Origin: Oculatellaceae cyanobacterium bins.114
GTDB lineage: Bacteria > Cyanobacteriota > Cyanobacteriia > Elainellales > Elainellaceae
Length of the DNA stretch: 45,347 nucleotides
Reading direction: 5' to 3'
Assembly: GCA_033764315.1 (NCBI GenBank)
Contig: JANRJA010000066.1
Location: forward strand, 1 to 45,347
This document shows positions 8,749 through 17,845 of the stretch, piece after piece. Within the stretch, counting starts at the first letter, position 1; every line of letters starts with the position of its first letter. Below the pieces are notes generated by a model. It did no database searches and was not told the DNA's origin. It saw nothing but the letters and a program-made list of their open reading frames with translations. A program made the position numbers and the translations under genes.

Positions 8749-10182
8749 ATGGCTACTCCCACGACTCAAGCTCAACCCCCTCTATCGTTTATTCCTCCAA
8801 CCTTTGATCCACTCGTGTTTCGAGTCGTGCGATCGCTGATGCCCTTCTATCGACGATGGAGTGCTCACCTCAGCCAAATCGACGTTGAGAATGTAGAGAG
8901 CCTGGTGGAGCACTATCATCAATTTCAAGCGGGCAAAACTCGCTTTTTATTAGCGTTTCGCCACCCCAGCACCAACGACCCATTGTGTATCGCACATCTG
9001 CTTTGGGATGCTGTTCCCTCTGTTGCTCGCCAAAAAGGTATTTCCCTAAATGTTGCTCATACCCATGCCCACTTTATCTACGATCGCGGCATTCCCCTTT
9101 GGGCAGGTCAAGCAGTTGGTTGGCTCTATTCTCGATTGGGCGGCATTCCCATTCGACGAGGCAAAGTTGACCTGATGGCGTTGCGTTCTATTCGCGATCG
9201 CTTTGCCAAAGGTGATCTTCCTATGGCGGCTGCCCCAGAAGGAGCCACCAATGGGCACAACGAACTAGTTAGCCCTATTGAACCGGGAATTGCTCAGTTT
9301 GGCTTTTGGTGCATTGAGGATTTGCTAAAAGAGGGGCAGTCACAACAGGTTCTCATCATTCCCATTGGCATTCAATATCACTACATCACCGCACCGTGGG
9401 CAAAGATCAATCAACTGCTCTATCAACTCGAATTGGAAAGCGGTCTGGCTACTCCAGTCGGCTCACCTGGCACTCTTCAAGAGTTGCAAGATGGGGCAAC
9501 ACTCACCTCTGAACAGGAATCTATCTTATATCAACGGCTCTATCGCCTCAGCGAACACCTGTTGACATTGATGGAAGAGTTTTATCGCAAGTTTTATCAC
9601 CAACCCATTCCCGCTAAATCTACAGAATCAGCCGATCTGCCCACATCAACCCAATCTGCCAATGAGCCATTAGCCGTTCGATTGCAAACCTTACTCAACA
9701 GAGCACTCACGGTCGCCGAACAGTTTTTTGCCTTGACTCCTAAAGGCACGCTCACCGATCGCTGTCGTCGCTTAGAGCAAGCTGGGTGGGATTGGATTTA
9801 TCGGGAAGACTTTAAACAAATTGAATTATTGCCTCTGGTCAATCGCGGTTTGGGCGATCGCATTGCCGAAGAAACCAACCTGCGGCTCTGGCATATGCGC
9901 CTGGTCGAAACGTTTGTTAGCGTCACCGGACACTATGTACGCGAAAAACCAACCGTCGATCGCTTTGCCGAAACTCTATTACTGCTATGGGAAACGATCG
10001 CCCGAATCACTAACAAACCGTCGTTTCCTCGCCCTCAACTGGGAAAACAGCGAGTTCGCATGACCATTGGGGAACCCCTTGATATTTCTGCCCGTTGGGA
10101 TACCTATCAAGCTAATCGTCGTCAAGCGGTCACTACACTAACGCAAGATTTGCAAAACGCTCTAGAATCGATGATTCAATAA
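8749..10182 (+). CDS. PlsC-like glycerol-3-phosphate acyltransferase family protein
   Basis: FRHPSTND (HxxxxD) and AAPEG acyltransferase blocks; 477 aa. Confidence 0.85.
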   Translation: MATPTTQAQPPLSFIPPTFDPLVFRVVRSLMPFYRRWSAHLSQIDVENVESLVEHYHQFQAGKTRFLLAFRHPSTNDPLCIAHLLWDAVPSVARQKGISLNVAHTHAHFIYDRGIPLWAGQAVGWLYSRLGGIPIRRGKVDLMALRSIRDRFAKGDLPMAAAPEGATNGHNELVSPIEPGIAQFGFWCIEDLLKEGQSQQVLIIPIGIQYHYITAPWAKINQLLYQLELESGLATPVGSPGTLQELQDGATLTSEQESILYQRLYRLSEHLLTLMEEFYRKFYHQPIPAKSTESADLPTSTQSANEPLAVRLQTLLNRALTVAEQFFALTPKGTLTDRCRRLEQAGWDWIYREDFKQIELLPLVNRGLGDRIAEETNLRLWHMRLVETFVSVTGHYVREKPTVDRFAETLLLLWETIARITNKPSFPRPQLGKQRVRMTIGEPLDISARWDTYQANRRQAVTTLTQDLQNALESMIQ

Positions 10183-10196
10183 ACGCGATGAATGGT

Positions 10197-10472
10197 CTAT
10201 CTACTCTGTTCCACTGAAGTCTGTTCTACTGGGTTTGGTCTTGGCTTAGATCTAGAGTGGGGTGATGTAAATTGAAACAAAAAGATCAGCATCAGCAACA
10301 ACAAAACAGCTAGGGGAAGAACTTCATCAGACGTAGAAGTTTTCTGCTTGGGTTCTGTAAAATCTTTAGTGAAATCACACCAAAGACACTGATATTTATC
10401 ACAACTGCGTTGAACTAATGCTTTTTTATTGCACTTTGGACACTCTACAATAGCCGATGATTCGACTGACAT
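10197..10472 (-). CDS. Small zinc-ribbon membrane protein
   Basis: CPKC...CLWC followed by one hydrophobic helix; AGGAG upstream of the ATG at 10472. Confidence 0.7.
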   Translation of the reverse strand: MSVESSAIVECPKCNKKALVQRSCDKYQCLWCDFTKDFTEPKQKTSTSDEVLPLAVLLLLMLIFLFQFTSPHSRSKPRPNPVEQTSVEQSR

Positions 10473-10527
10473 ATAAGTTCTCCTGGAGACTGTTTTTTGA
10501 GAAGAAATCAAGTGATTTCAGTGCCAC

Positions 10528-10565
10528 TTTTGATGGTGCAATTGGGGGCAATTGCACCATCAAAA
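10528..10565. terminator. Perfect 17-bp hairpin just after the pentapeptide gene stop
   Basis: TTTTGATGGTGCAATTG-GGGG-CAATTGCACCATCAAAA. Confidence 0.55.
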
Positions 10566-10572
10566 CATTGAC

Positions 10573-11388
10573 TTAGACCGGCAACCCGAGTTTGACTCGA
10601 AAGTCATCATCGTATTCACCGAGTTCCCAGTTTTTGGCACTTTTGATTTGCTCAACCTCCAGATTTTGTGCCTTTCTAAAACTGGCTCCCCGCACATCTG
10701 CACGACTCAAATCTGCATTCAATAGGTTGGCAGCCAGAAAATTAGCTCCCTGAAGATTGGCATTGCATAAATCTGCGCCTGTTAAATCGGCTCCACCTAA
10801 ACGTGCCCCCATCAGATTGGCATCCAAAAATCCGCCGTCTTTGAGGATGGCTTGTTGCAGGTCTGCTCCTTGTAAGTTTGCAAAATCTAGCCTTGCTTCT
10901 TGCAAATTAGCCTCCTTTAGAAGCGTTCCGATCAGTTTTGCTTCTTGCAAATTAGCCCCTGGCAACTGAATCTGAATTAAATCTGCCTCAGGTGCATCCA
11001 ATCGACTCAGCGATACCCCCTCTCGATTGAGATCTTCTAACGCTTGAATTCGGGCATAGCTTGTCTCCTTTCCATCTGCTAAATCAATCAGTGCCCAAGC
11101 TGCATATTGAGCACGTTTCCGCTCTTCTTGATGACCTTCTTGAATAAACAAGACCATCGCCGTAATGATGCTGATTGACTCTACGGCTCCTAAAATTTCT
11201 GATTCTTTTAGAGAGGTGAGCCGATCTTGCAGCGTTATCCACGGTTTACCCATCACAGCCGCTTCCATTCGTAGCGTTCCTAAGACGAGACCTGTAACCA
11301 TGCCCGCTGTAAAGCACACTTTTAGCAGCCTCATCCCACTGTTGTTGCGAAACTTGACACGACGCATTATTAGCCATGCCATGCTCAT
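10573..11388 (-). CDS. Pentapeptide-repeat protein with N-terminal membrane segments
   Basis: A(D/N)Lxx repeats in the C-terminal half; ARIQALEDLN motif; AGGAG RBS before the ATG at 11388. Confidence 0.9.
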   Translation of the reverse strand: MSMAWLIMRRVKFRNNSGMRLLKVCFTAGMVTGLVLGTLRMEAAVMGKPWITLQDRLTSLKESEILGAVESISIITAMVLFIQEGHQEERKRAQYAAWALIDLADGKETSYARIQALEDLNREGVSLSRLDAPEADLIQIQLPGANLQEAKLIGTLLKEANLQEARLDFANLQGADLQQAILKDGGFLDANLMGARLGGADLTGADLCNANLQGANFLAANLLNADLSRADVRGASFRKAQNLEVEQIKSAKNWELGEYDDDFRVKLGLPV

Positions 11389-11432
11389 AAATTGTCTCCT
11401 TACACCACAATACGATTGAATCCGGGGTTATT

Positions 11433-11492
11433 TGATATCAGACTACGATATCGCCTATATTGATATCGTAGTCTGATATCATAAAATGTCAA
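11433..11492 (-). promoter_or_regulatory. Leftward promoter overlapping a 20-bp perfect inverted repeat containing two GATATC-N7-GATATC boxes
   Basis: TGATATCAGACTACGATATC-N9-GATATCGTAGTCTGATATCA (11433-11481); minus-strand TTGACA (11492-11487)-N16-TACGAT. Confidence 0.6.
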
Positions 11493-11605
11493 TACAGATC
11501 TCAAGTTAATTTTTGGGTGGAGAGCCTATCCCGCGATCGCTGATGGCGAATCTTACCTTCTAAAATGCTTGAAACAGTGAAGCTGCCTCCCTTTTAGCAA
11601 AAGGC

Positions 11606-11634
11606 TTGACATTGATATCATTTTTTGATATCGT
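11606..11634 (+). promoter_or_regulatory. Rightward sigma70-type promoter with a GATATC-N7-GATATC operator between -35 and -10
   Basis: TTGACA (11606-11611)-N17-TATCGT (11629-11634); GATATC at 11614-11619 and 11627-11632. Confidence 0.7.
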
Positions 11635-11935
11635 TTATTCATCTGAAGTTTAGACTAGCGTTCGATGGGATGCACTCCTGTTGACCTGAGCTAGAAATAA
11701 CTCTGCAATAGAGTGTCTCCGTGAATGCAGTCTCTTATGTCTCTTTTGATGCCTCTATAGAGTATTGGGTTACGATATGGAGGATTTCTACCAGTTATCG
11801 GCTCTCTCAAACCCTAATTAAGATTGCAATGGCTAGATAGTGTTGCTAGCTCATAAGTAATTTTGGGGTTTGCCAGTCCTTGGTCATCAGAGCAGGTGGT
11901 AGATAGATCTAAACTCCAGAGCAATTTGACCCCCG

Positions 11936-12223
11936 ATGTGCATCTACAGAGAGTTAAATGATGAACAGAAAAAAACGCTTAAATCCCTTTTTGCTGATCC
12001 CCCTTCATTAGCAATTGCTTGGTCAGAGATCACCAGCTTGTTGAGAGTACTCAGTCATGTGGTTAAAGAGTATGAAGACAGAGTTTGTGTGGCGATCGAG
12101 CATAAACAATTGCAAAGGCGAGCCATTTTTCATCGTCGTCGTGGTCAAACCTATGCCACTTCGTTAGCGATCAAAAGTATTCGATATTTTTTAATTACGG
12201 TAAACATTGAGCCAATGGATTGA
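11936..12223 (+). CDS. hicA: HicA-family toxin-like protein (divergent)
   Basis: KKTLKSLFADP...IAWSEITSLL...AIFHR...AIKSIRYFL matches the long HicA type; lies 3 nt upstream of hicB. Confidence 0.72.
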   Translation: MCIYRELNDEQKKTLKSLFADPPSLAIAWSEITSLLRVLSHVVKEYEDRVCVAIEHKQLQRRAIFHRRRGQTYATSLAIKSIRYFLITVNIEPMD

Positions 12224-12226
12224 ATC

Positions 12227-12880
12227 ATGCTCACTTACAAAGGTTACACAGCCAAAGTCGAAATCGATACAGACGCTGGAGTTTTGCATGGCAGGGTCGT
12301 AGATATCAATGACACGATAACCTTTGAGGGACAAACAGTAGACGACATAAAACGGGAATTTCACACCTCTGTCGATCGCTACTTAGAGTTTTGTAATGAA
12401 TTGGGGCAACAACCGGACAAGCCCTTTTCTGGTAAGCTGCCTTTCCGGACTAATCCAGACATTCACCGCACCATCTACCTCGCTGCAACCCAGATGGATA
12501 AGAGTATTAATGCCTGGATGGAAGACGTATTAGCGGCAGCGGCGCAAGCGACCCTGGATCAAAATAGTCGCGTTACGCCATTTGAAGAATACGAGCAGGA
12601 ACAAGATCTAGCTCGGGTAGAAACGAAATTGAACCAACTTCGAGATGCGGTTAAGCCCTATGTAAAAGATGAGGAGCCTGAAACCATTGATCGGCTTTTA
12701 ATGCTGATCGCAGGTTGGCTTGAAAAAGATGAGGAATTAAGACAATTAATCGGTGCAGTTGCTTTAGAGAATGCAGATCAGCCTTTGCAAACATGGATGA
12801 AACAAGATTTAGAAACCCGATCGACTCGCTCATCGAAGATACACACTATCGCTAAACGCAAAAAGCATCGACACGGTTAA
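12227..12880 (+). CDS. hicB: HicB-family antitoxin (RNase H-like fold plus RHH) with ~105-aa C-terminal extension
   Basis: MLTYKGYTAKVEID...ITFEG...FHTSVDRYLEFC...PDKPFSGKLPFR...SINAWM. Confidence 0.88.
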   Translation: MLTYKGYTAKVEIDTDAGVLHGRVVDINDTITFEGQTVDDIKREFHTSVDRYLEFCNELGQQPDKPFSGKLPFRTNPDIHRTIYLAATQMDKSINAWMEDVLAAAAQATLDQNSRVTPFEEYEQEQDLARVETKLNQLRDAVKPYVKDEEPETIDRLLMLIAGWLEKDEELRQLIGAVALENADQPLQTWMKQDLETRSTRSSKIHTIAKRKKHRHG

Positions 12881-13132
12881 AGCGGATATGGCTAAAACTA
12901 CGGTGTACAGTTCAGAAACCTGCACATGTTAGACCATCCCAAACTTGGTTAGGGTTAGATAATTTCTTCAGAAAAATAATTGCCATTCTATCTAACGCAT
13001 TCAGTTAAACGCTCTACGTGCAACGTAGAGAGATTGCACGCAGTAGGTAAATTCAATCATCTTTAGGATTGGTTGAATCACTACCCTAACTTAATTTCAT
13101 AAACTTCTCTCGAAGACTAGCCCCCTAAAGAC

Positions 13133-15700
13133 ATGCGAGAGATCAAAATTTTAGTTGCTAGGGATATTTTTACTGCCCTTTTAGAACCAGCATTTAATCG
13201 AGCTTCTTCCTTAAAAATATTGGAGAAGATTCGAGAGAATGACAAGATTGTAGCGTTTGTTTCACAAGCGACTCTATCGTCTATTCAGTTCAAACTTATT
13301 CAAAGAAGTGGTAACAGGCAATCCTTCCATCAATTTCTACAACAATTTATTGTTAATTCCGGAATACGACTTCTTCCAAACCCAATCCATCACGAAAACT
13401 TGCTTATCTTTCCTCAAGCAAGCAGTGTTCGTTGGGCAGAATTGCAGTGCTTAGAACAGCATCAACTCTATGCGTTGATTACCAACCATCCCTCTAGTTA
13501 TGGTGCACCAAGGCTTTCTCAGATTTTTACGGTAGGAGACTTTTTAGATCATCACAGAAGACTGGTTCTCGATTTCAACTTGTCTCAAACACAGGCGATC
13601 GCCCCCGACGATTCGGTCAGTGTTTTGAGAGATCTGGTTCAGAGTGAACCTGAAGTTATTCTGTTTCAAATTGAAGACGAAAGCAGTCTCAATGGGGATA
13701 ACCATAAAGACGATAAAAGACATCCAAAAAATAACGCATTTAGTCATTCTAGAGGTAATTCTGCGACTCCTAATGGCAATAGTAATCCTCGAGGAAATCG
13801 ACTGCGTTCTAATGTAGGACGATTGCAATCAAACTATTCTGCTATTTCAGCCGAGTTGGCAACTGAGTTAGACAATCTCAGTTTCGTTTTCTTGATGATT
13901 GGTGCATTTCCATTTTTTGAAACGCTCCGCAATTTACTGTCAAATGTAGTTGATCCCAGTAATTTCATAACTGGTATTGAAGCTGTTTTAGAAATGGCTC
14001 AAGAAAATATTCAACAAGGTATTTTGGATTTGGTTAGGCAGTGGTTTTTTATGAGCGATCGCGCTATGGCCCACACGACTAATCAAGATGATTTTTACTT
14101 TGACTTGGCGGCTGATGTTTCTGATAGTCAAATCCTCAACAGTATTCGTAATTTTTTAATTACCACAGCTTTCTCTGAAACAACGACACGTGTAGAAAAA
14201 GGTTCAGTTTCCCTATTACCTCAATTATTTTTAAACGGATTTGAGCAACTTCCTATTCAGTCTGATTCAACTGCGGTTGATACTCGGTTAACGTCTTATT
14301 TTGCGATCGCCCAACCTTTGAGCAATTTCACTGCATCAGATGGGCTGATGAGTGATTTAAATCCAGTGATAATCTTGCTCGAAAATCGACCCAACTCTAT
14401 CTTTGTAAGGGGTGGCGATCGCATTAACGATGTTGTTATTAGTCCTAATCCTTCGATCGAATCAGAGCCAATAAACTCTTTAGATGATGTTGAGGAAAAT
14501 CCTGGTCATACTAAACCCAGTTTTCAAAAACCCGACCTCGGATGGACAGGCTTCAACATAAGCGTTGATCCGGTCTTATCTAACCCAAATAATGTAAATC
14601 AACTAGAGGAACTTAATGAAGTTAATTCAGGATTTTCTTTTATTGGTCCTATAGCTGACCCAATTTTACCCAATGAGGTAATTGATCATCCAAATCCTAT
14701 TTTTGTTTTAGCTCCTCCAGAAGTGCCCACTACAGAAACTCCAATACCAGACAATTTAGTTTCAGATAATCCAATTGGGGTTCCTGTCAATCCGTTACCG
14801 GAGCCTGAAGTTTTGCAGCCTTTTATAGAGGATGGTTTAGGAGGAAACCGAACGTTTGATATTGGGGATGGAATTTATATTCTGCGGAATTTTGGTGGCA
14901 TTGGCACAGGTGCTAATCCTTCACAATCTATTACGAATGAAGCAGATACTATTCACTTCTTAAATTCTGATCGCAGTATCGAAATGTTGGTGTTAGAGCA
15001 GGTCAACCGTGATTTAGTCGTAACCTTTGAAAATTACGAAGCGACTCAGGTTATTTTAGAAGACTTTAAGCTTGAGAATTTGGATAACTTGACTACAACT
15101 ACTGGGGGAACAATAACAATTGGTAATGTCATCTTTAATACTGAAACTGCAATTCAAGACAGATTTGATGTTGTAGATGCAACCCAACGTCCAACTGGAG
15201 TTTTTCGTCAAAATACAGTTACTTTTTTGAATGAACTGGATAATCAAACTCGTGGATTTGATCGCTCCAATGATGTGATAAACGGTCAAGGAGGACACGA
15301 TCTGTTGAGGGGATTAAGTGGAGACGACACGTTGCGAGGAGGTGAAGGCAACGATCTGCTTTTGGGGGGTGCAGGCAGCGATCGCCTAGTCGGTGGAAAT
15401 GGCAATGACACTCTTGATGGTGGTGAAGCAAGTGATCAACTTTATGGAGGAGGGGGGCGCGATCGCTTTATTTTAAGTGCTAATTCAGGGATTGATGTTA
15501 TTCACGACTTTAACTTAAATGAGGATGTAATCAGTCTGGAAAACAGGTTATCTATAACTCAGGCTACCTTTAGACAGGAAGGGAACGATGCAGTTCTTTT
15601 CATCAATAACCAGACTCAATTTGTCCTAATGAATGTGCAGACTATCTCTTTAACGGCTTCCCCTCAAGTTTTCGTTAATTCTTCCACACCATTGTCTTAG
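13133..15700 (+). CDS. 855-aa protein: degenerate PIN-like N-terminus, low-complexity linker, RTX/hemolysin-type Ca-binding C-terminus
   Basis: Seven tandem GGxGxD-type nonapeptides at 15281-15469. N-terminal KILVARDIF...AFVSQATL...AELQCLEQHQLYALITNHPSSY resembles cyanobacterial PIN proteins. The RTX call is strong; the PIN call is tentative. Confidence 0.75.
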   Translation: MREIKILVARDIFTALLEPAFNRASSLKILEKIRENDKIVAFVSQATLSSIQFKLIQRSGNRQSFHQFLQQFIVNSGIRLLPNPIHHENLLIFPQASSVRWAELQCLEQHQLYALITNHPSSYGAPRLSQIFTVGDFLDHHRRLVLDFNLSQTQAIAPDDSVSVLRDLVQSEPEVILFQIEDESSLNGDNHKDDKRHPKNNAFSHSRGNSATPNGNSNPRGNRLRSNVGRLQSNYSAISAELATELDNLSFVFLMIGAFPFFETLRNLLSNVVDPSNFITGIEAVLEMAQENIQQGILDLVRQWFFMSDRAMAHTTNQDDFYFDLAADVSDSQILNSIRNFLITTAFSETTTRVEKGSVSLLPQLFLNGFEQLPIQSDSTAVDTRLTSYFAIAQPLSNFTASDGLMSDLNPVIILLENRPNSIFVRGGDRINDVVISPNPSIESEPINSLDDVEENPGHTKPSFQKPDLGWTGFNISVDPVLSNPNNVNQLEELNEVNSGFSFIGPIADPILPNEVIDHPNPIFVLAPPEVPTTETPIPDNLVSDNPIGVPVNPLPEPEVLQPFIEDGLGGNRTFDIGDGIYILRNFGGIGTGANPSQSITNEADTIHFLNSDRSIEMLVLEQVNRDLVVTFENYEATQVILEDFKLENLDNLTTTTGGTITIGNVIFNTETAIQDRFDVVDATQRPTGVFRQNTVTFLNELDNQTRGFDRSNDVINGQGGHDLLRGLSGDDTLRGGEGNDLLLGGAGSDRLVGGNGNDTLDGGEASDQLYGGGGRDRFILSANSGIDVIHDFNLNEDVISLENRLSITQATFRQEGNDAVLFINNQTQFVLMNVQTISLTASPQVFVNSSTPLS

Positions 15701-16148
15701 AAGTATTATTATCTCTCTAGAAAGTGGGTTAAATATTTTGCCAATATCCTTTTAATCTAAGTCACAGAATTTGGATTAATTGACGCTCTTAATGGAACAA
15801 AACACGATTTGTGTATCTCGCGCTACGATCGATATACAAATCAAGATTGACATGCGAAATATTGTTTGAGCTAATTAAAATCTTTAAACTATCTTGGCGG
15901 AATTTAACCTAACTCTGTGGAATAGTATGAACAGAGTTACAAGGGTGTGAGTTGAGAAACAGATTGTCAGAGTGCTGAGGTCTCAACCTTGAGTGAGTAA
16001 AAACTGCTCAAGATTGTTTGGGTTGATCTGATTTCTTAAATTGAACTTGCCCAATCTTTTGCGATATGGGTGCTGTCAAGATATCCCAATCCTCGTTGTT
16101 TCAAGTCACTTTTTTTGAGTTGGCATCGTCAATTTGCTGATTGAATTT

Positions 16149-16355
16149 ATGTTAAGTTACAAGGGCTACAAAGCTGATATCAGGAGAGATGCGGACTCTG
16201 GAGTGCTATGCGGTCAGGTCTTAGGCATTCGAGATGTGATCACCTTTGAAGCCGAAACAGAGCAACAAGCCGAGGATGAGTTTCACAAATCGGTAGACAT
16301 TTATCTATCCTTTTGCCAGGACTTAAGAGAAGAACCTAATCAACCCTGGTCATAG
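16149..16355 (+). CDS. Stand-alone HicB N-terminal domain (68 aa, no RHH)
   Basis: MLSYKGY...ITFEAE...FHKSVDIYLSFC...PNQPWS*; by manual alignment 35/68 residues are identical to the N-terminus of the upstream HicB. Confidence 0.8.
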   Translation: MLSYKGYKADIRRDADSGVLCGQVLGIRDVITFEAETEQQAEDEFHKSVDIYLSFCQDLREEPNQPWS

Positions 16356-16371
16356 CAGAGTGCTAGTTTTT

Positions 16372-17814
16372 TTACACTCCGATCAATCCTGTTCGCGCTG
16401 GCAAGGTAATGGAGAGGCGATCGCTCTCCTGAGTCAGAGTCCCTGACCCAAACACAACCTGAGTTGGGGTAATCCCTTCATCCACCCCGAAAGAAGTCTG
16501 TGCAGATTCGGTGCTGACATTGACTGCCACTAACACAACCTCTGCCTCTAGAGTTCGAGCAAACACATAAACATCGCCCTGAGCCAATAGCACCCGATGA
16601 TCTCCAATTCGCAGAGCAGGGTAAGTCTGGCGCAGATGAATCAGTTGCCGATGATAGTTCAACACGGTCTGATTCCACTGGGGTTCAGGAGGGAAGCTAC
16701 GCCGACTGTCAGGATCGAGGGCTCCTGGCAAACCCACTTCATCGCCATAATAAATACTGGGCGCACCGGGAAAAGTCAGTAACAACAGTGTGGCGAGTGC
16801 CACACTGGCTTCATCGTCTTGGGCGATCGTTAGAAGTCTTGCAGTGTCGTGGCTCGCGAGTAGATTCAGTTGGGTCAGTTGAATCTCCCAGGGATAGAGT
16901 TGCAGCAGTGCTTGGATTTTTTGGGCGTAGCCTACGGCTGATAGAGCCGGATAGGGCTGATAGGAACGGTCTTTGAATTGACTGCGGTCAACGCGATCGC
17001 CTGCTGTAAATGCAATTGTTGGTGCAGCAAATAGATAATTCATCACCCCATCGAACTGGGTACCATCCAGCCATTGCCGTGCATCTTCCCAGATCTCGCC
17101 AACAATATAAGCCTCCGGATTAATGGCTTTGACCCGACTACGAAACTCTTGCCAAAAACCGGGAGTTGTAATTTCAGAGGGCACATCTAACCGCCAGCCA
17201 TCAATGCCAAAGCGAATCCAAAACTCTGACACCTCCATCAAATATTCCCGCACGGCAGGGTTATCGTGATTGAACTGGGGCAAAGCGCGATTGCCTGCCC
17301 AACCCACATAATTGGCTGGAAGGTTGCCATCGTAAGCAGACAGAGGCCAACCTTCTATCTTGAACCAGTCGAGCCAGGGGGAATAGGGGCCATTTTCGAG
17401 AATGTCATGAAAGAAGAAAAAGCCGCGACTAGCATGGTTAAACACACCATCTAGGACAACTCGAATATTGCGTTGATGGGCCGCTTCTAGCAACTTCTCA
17501 AATGCTAAATTACCGCCCAACAGAGGATCGATTTGATAGTAATCGTGGGTGTGATAACGATGATTACTGGCGGATTGAAAAATGGGGGTGAAATAGATGG
17601 CATTGATTCCTAAGTCTTGCAGGTAATCGAGCCGTTCGATCACACCCCACAAGTCTCCGCCTTTATAACCTTGCAACGTGGGTGGATGCTCCCAAGCTTC
17701 TAAAGGAACAGTACTCAAAAAACGGCGTAGGGGTTGCACTCCTTTAGAGAACCGATCGGGAAAAATTTGATAGAAAACGGCGTGTTTGACCCAATCCGGT
17801 GTTTGAATTTGCAT
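16372..17814 (-). CDS. nplT: GH13 neopullulanase/cyclomaltodextrinase
   Basis: TPDWVKHAVFYQIFPDRF, LDGVFNH, DGWRLDV, GEIW and SHD motifs; true start is MQIQ at 17814. Confidence 0.9.
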   Translation of the reverse strand: MQIQTPDWVKHAVFYQIFPDRFSKGVQPLRRFLSTVPLEAWEHPPTLQGYKGGDLWGVIERLDYLQDLGINAIYFTPIFQSASNHRYHTHDYYQIDPLLGGNLAFEKLLEAAHQRNIRVVLDGVFNHASRGFFFFHDILENGPYSPWLDWFKIEGWPLSAYDGNLPANYVGWAGNRALPQFNHDNPAVREYLMEVSEFWIRFGIDGWRLDVPSEITTPGFWQEFRSRVKAINPEAYIVGEIWEDARQWLDGTQFDGVMNYLFAAPTIAFTAGDRVDRSQFKDRSYQPYPALSAVGYAQKIQALLQLYPWEIQLTQLNLLASHDTARLLTIAQDDEASVALATLLLLTFPGAPSIYYGDEVGLPGALDPDSRRSFPPEPQWNQTVLNYHRQLIHLRQTYPALRIGDHRVLLAQGDVYVFARTLEAEVVLVAVNVSTESAQTSFGVDEGITPTQVVFGSGTLTQESDRLSITLPARTGLIGV

Positions 17815-17845
17815 GACATCCACTGAAAGGTGTGCAGGGGGTGTA

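Noticed and set aside
12954..12996. GTTAGAT...ATCTAAC pair after hicB as another attC
   Set aside because: The core sites are in the wrong order for attC, the span is only 43 bp, and there is no similarity to the two sites at the window start.
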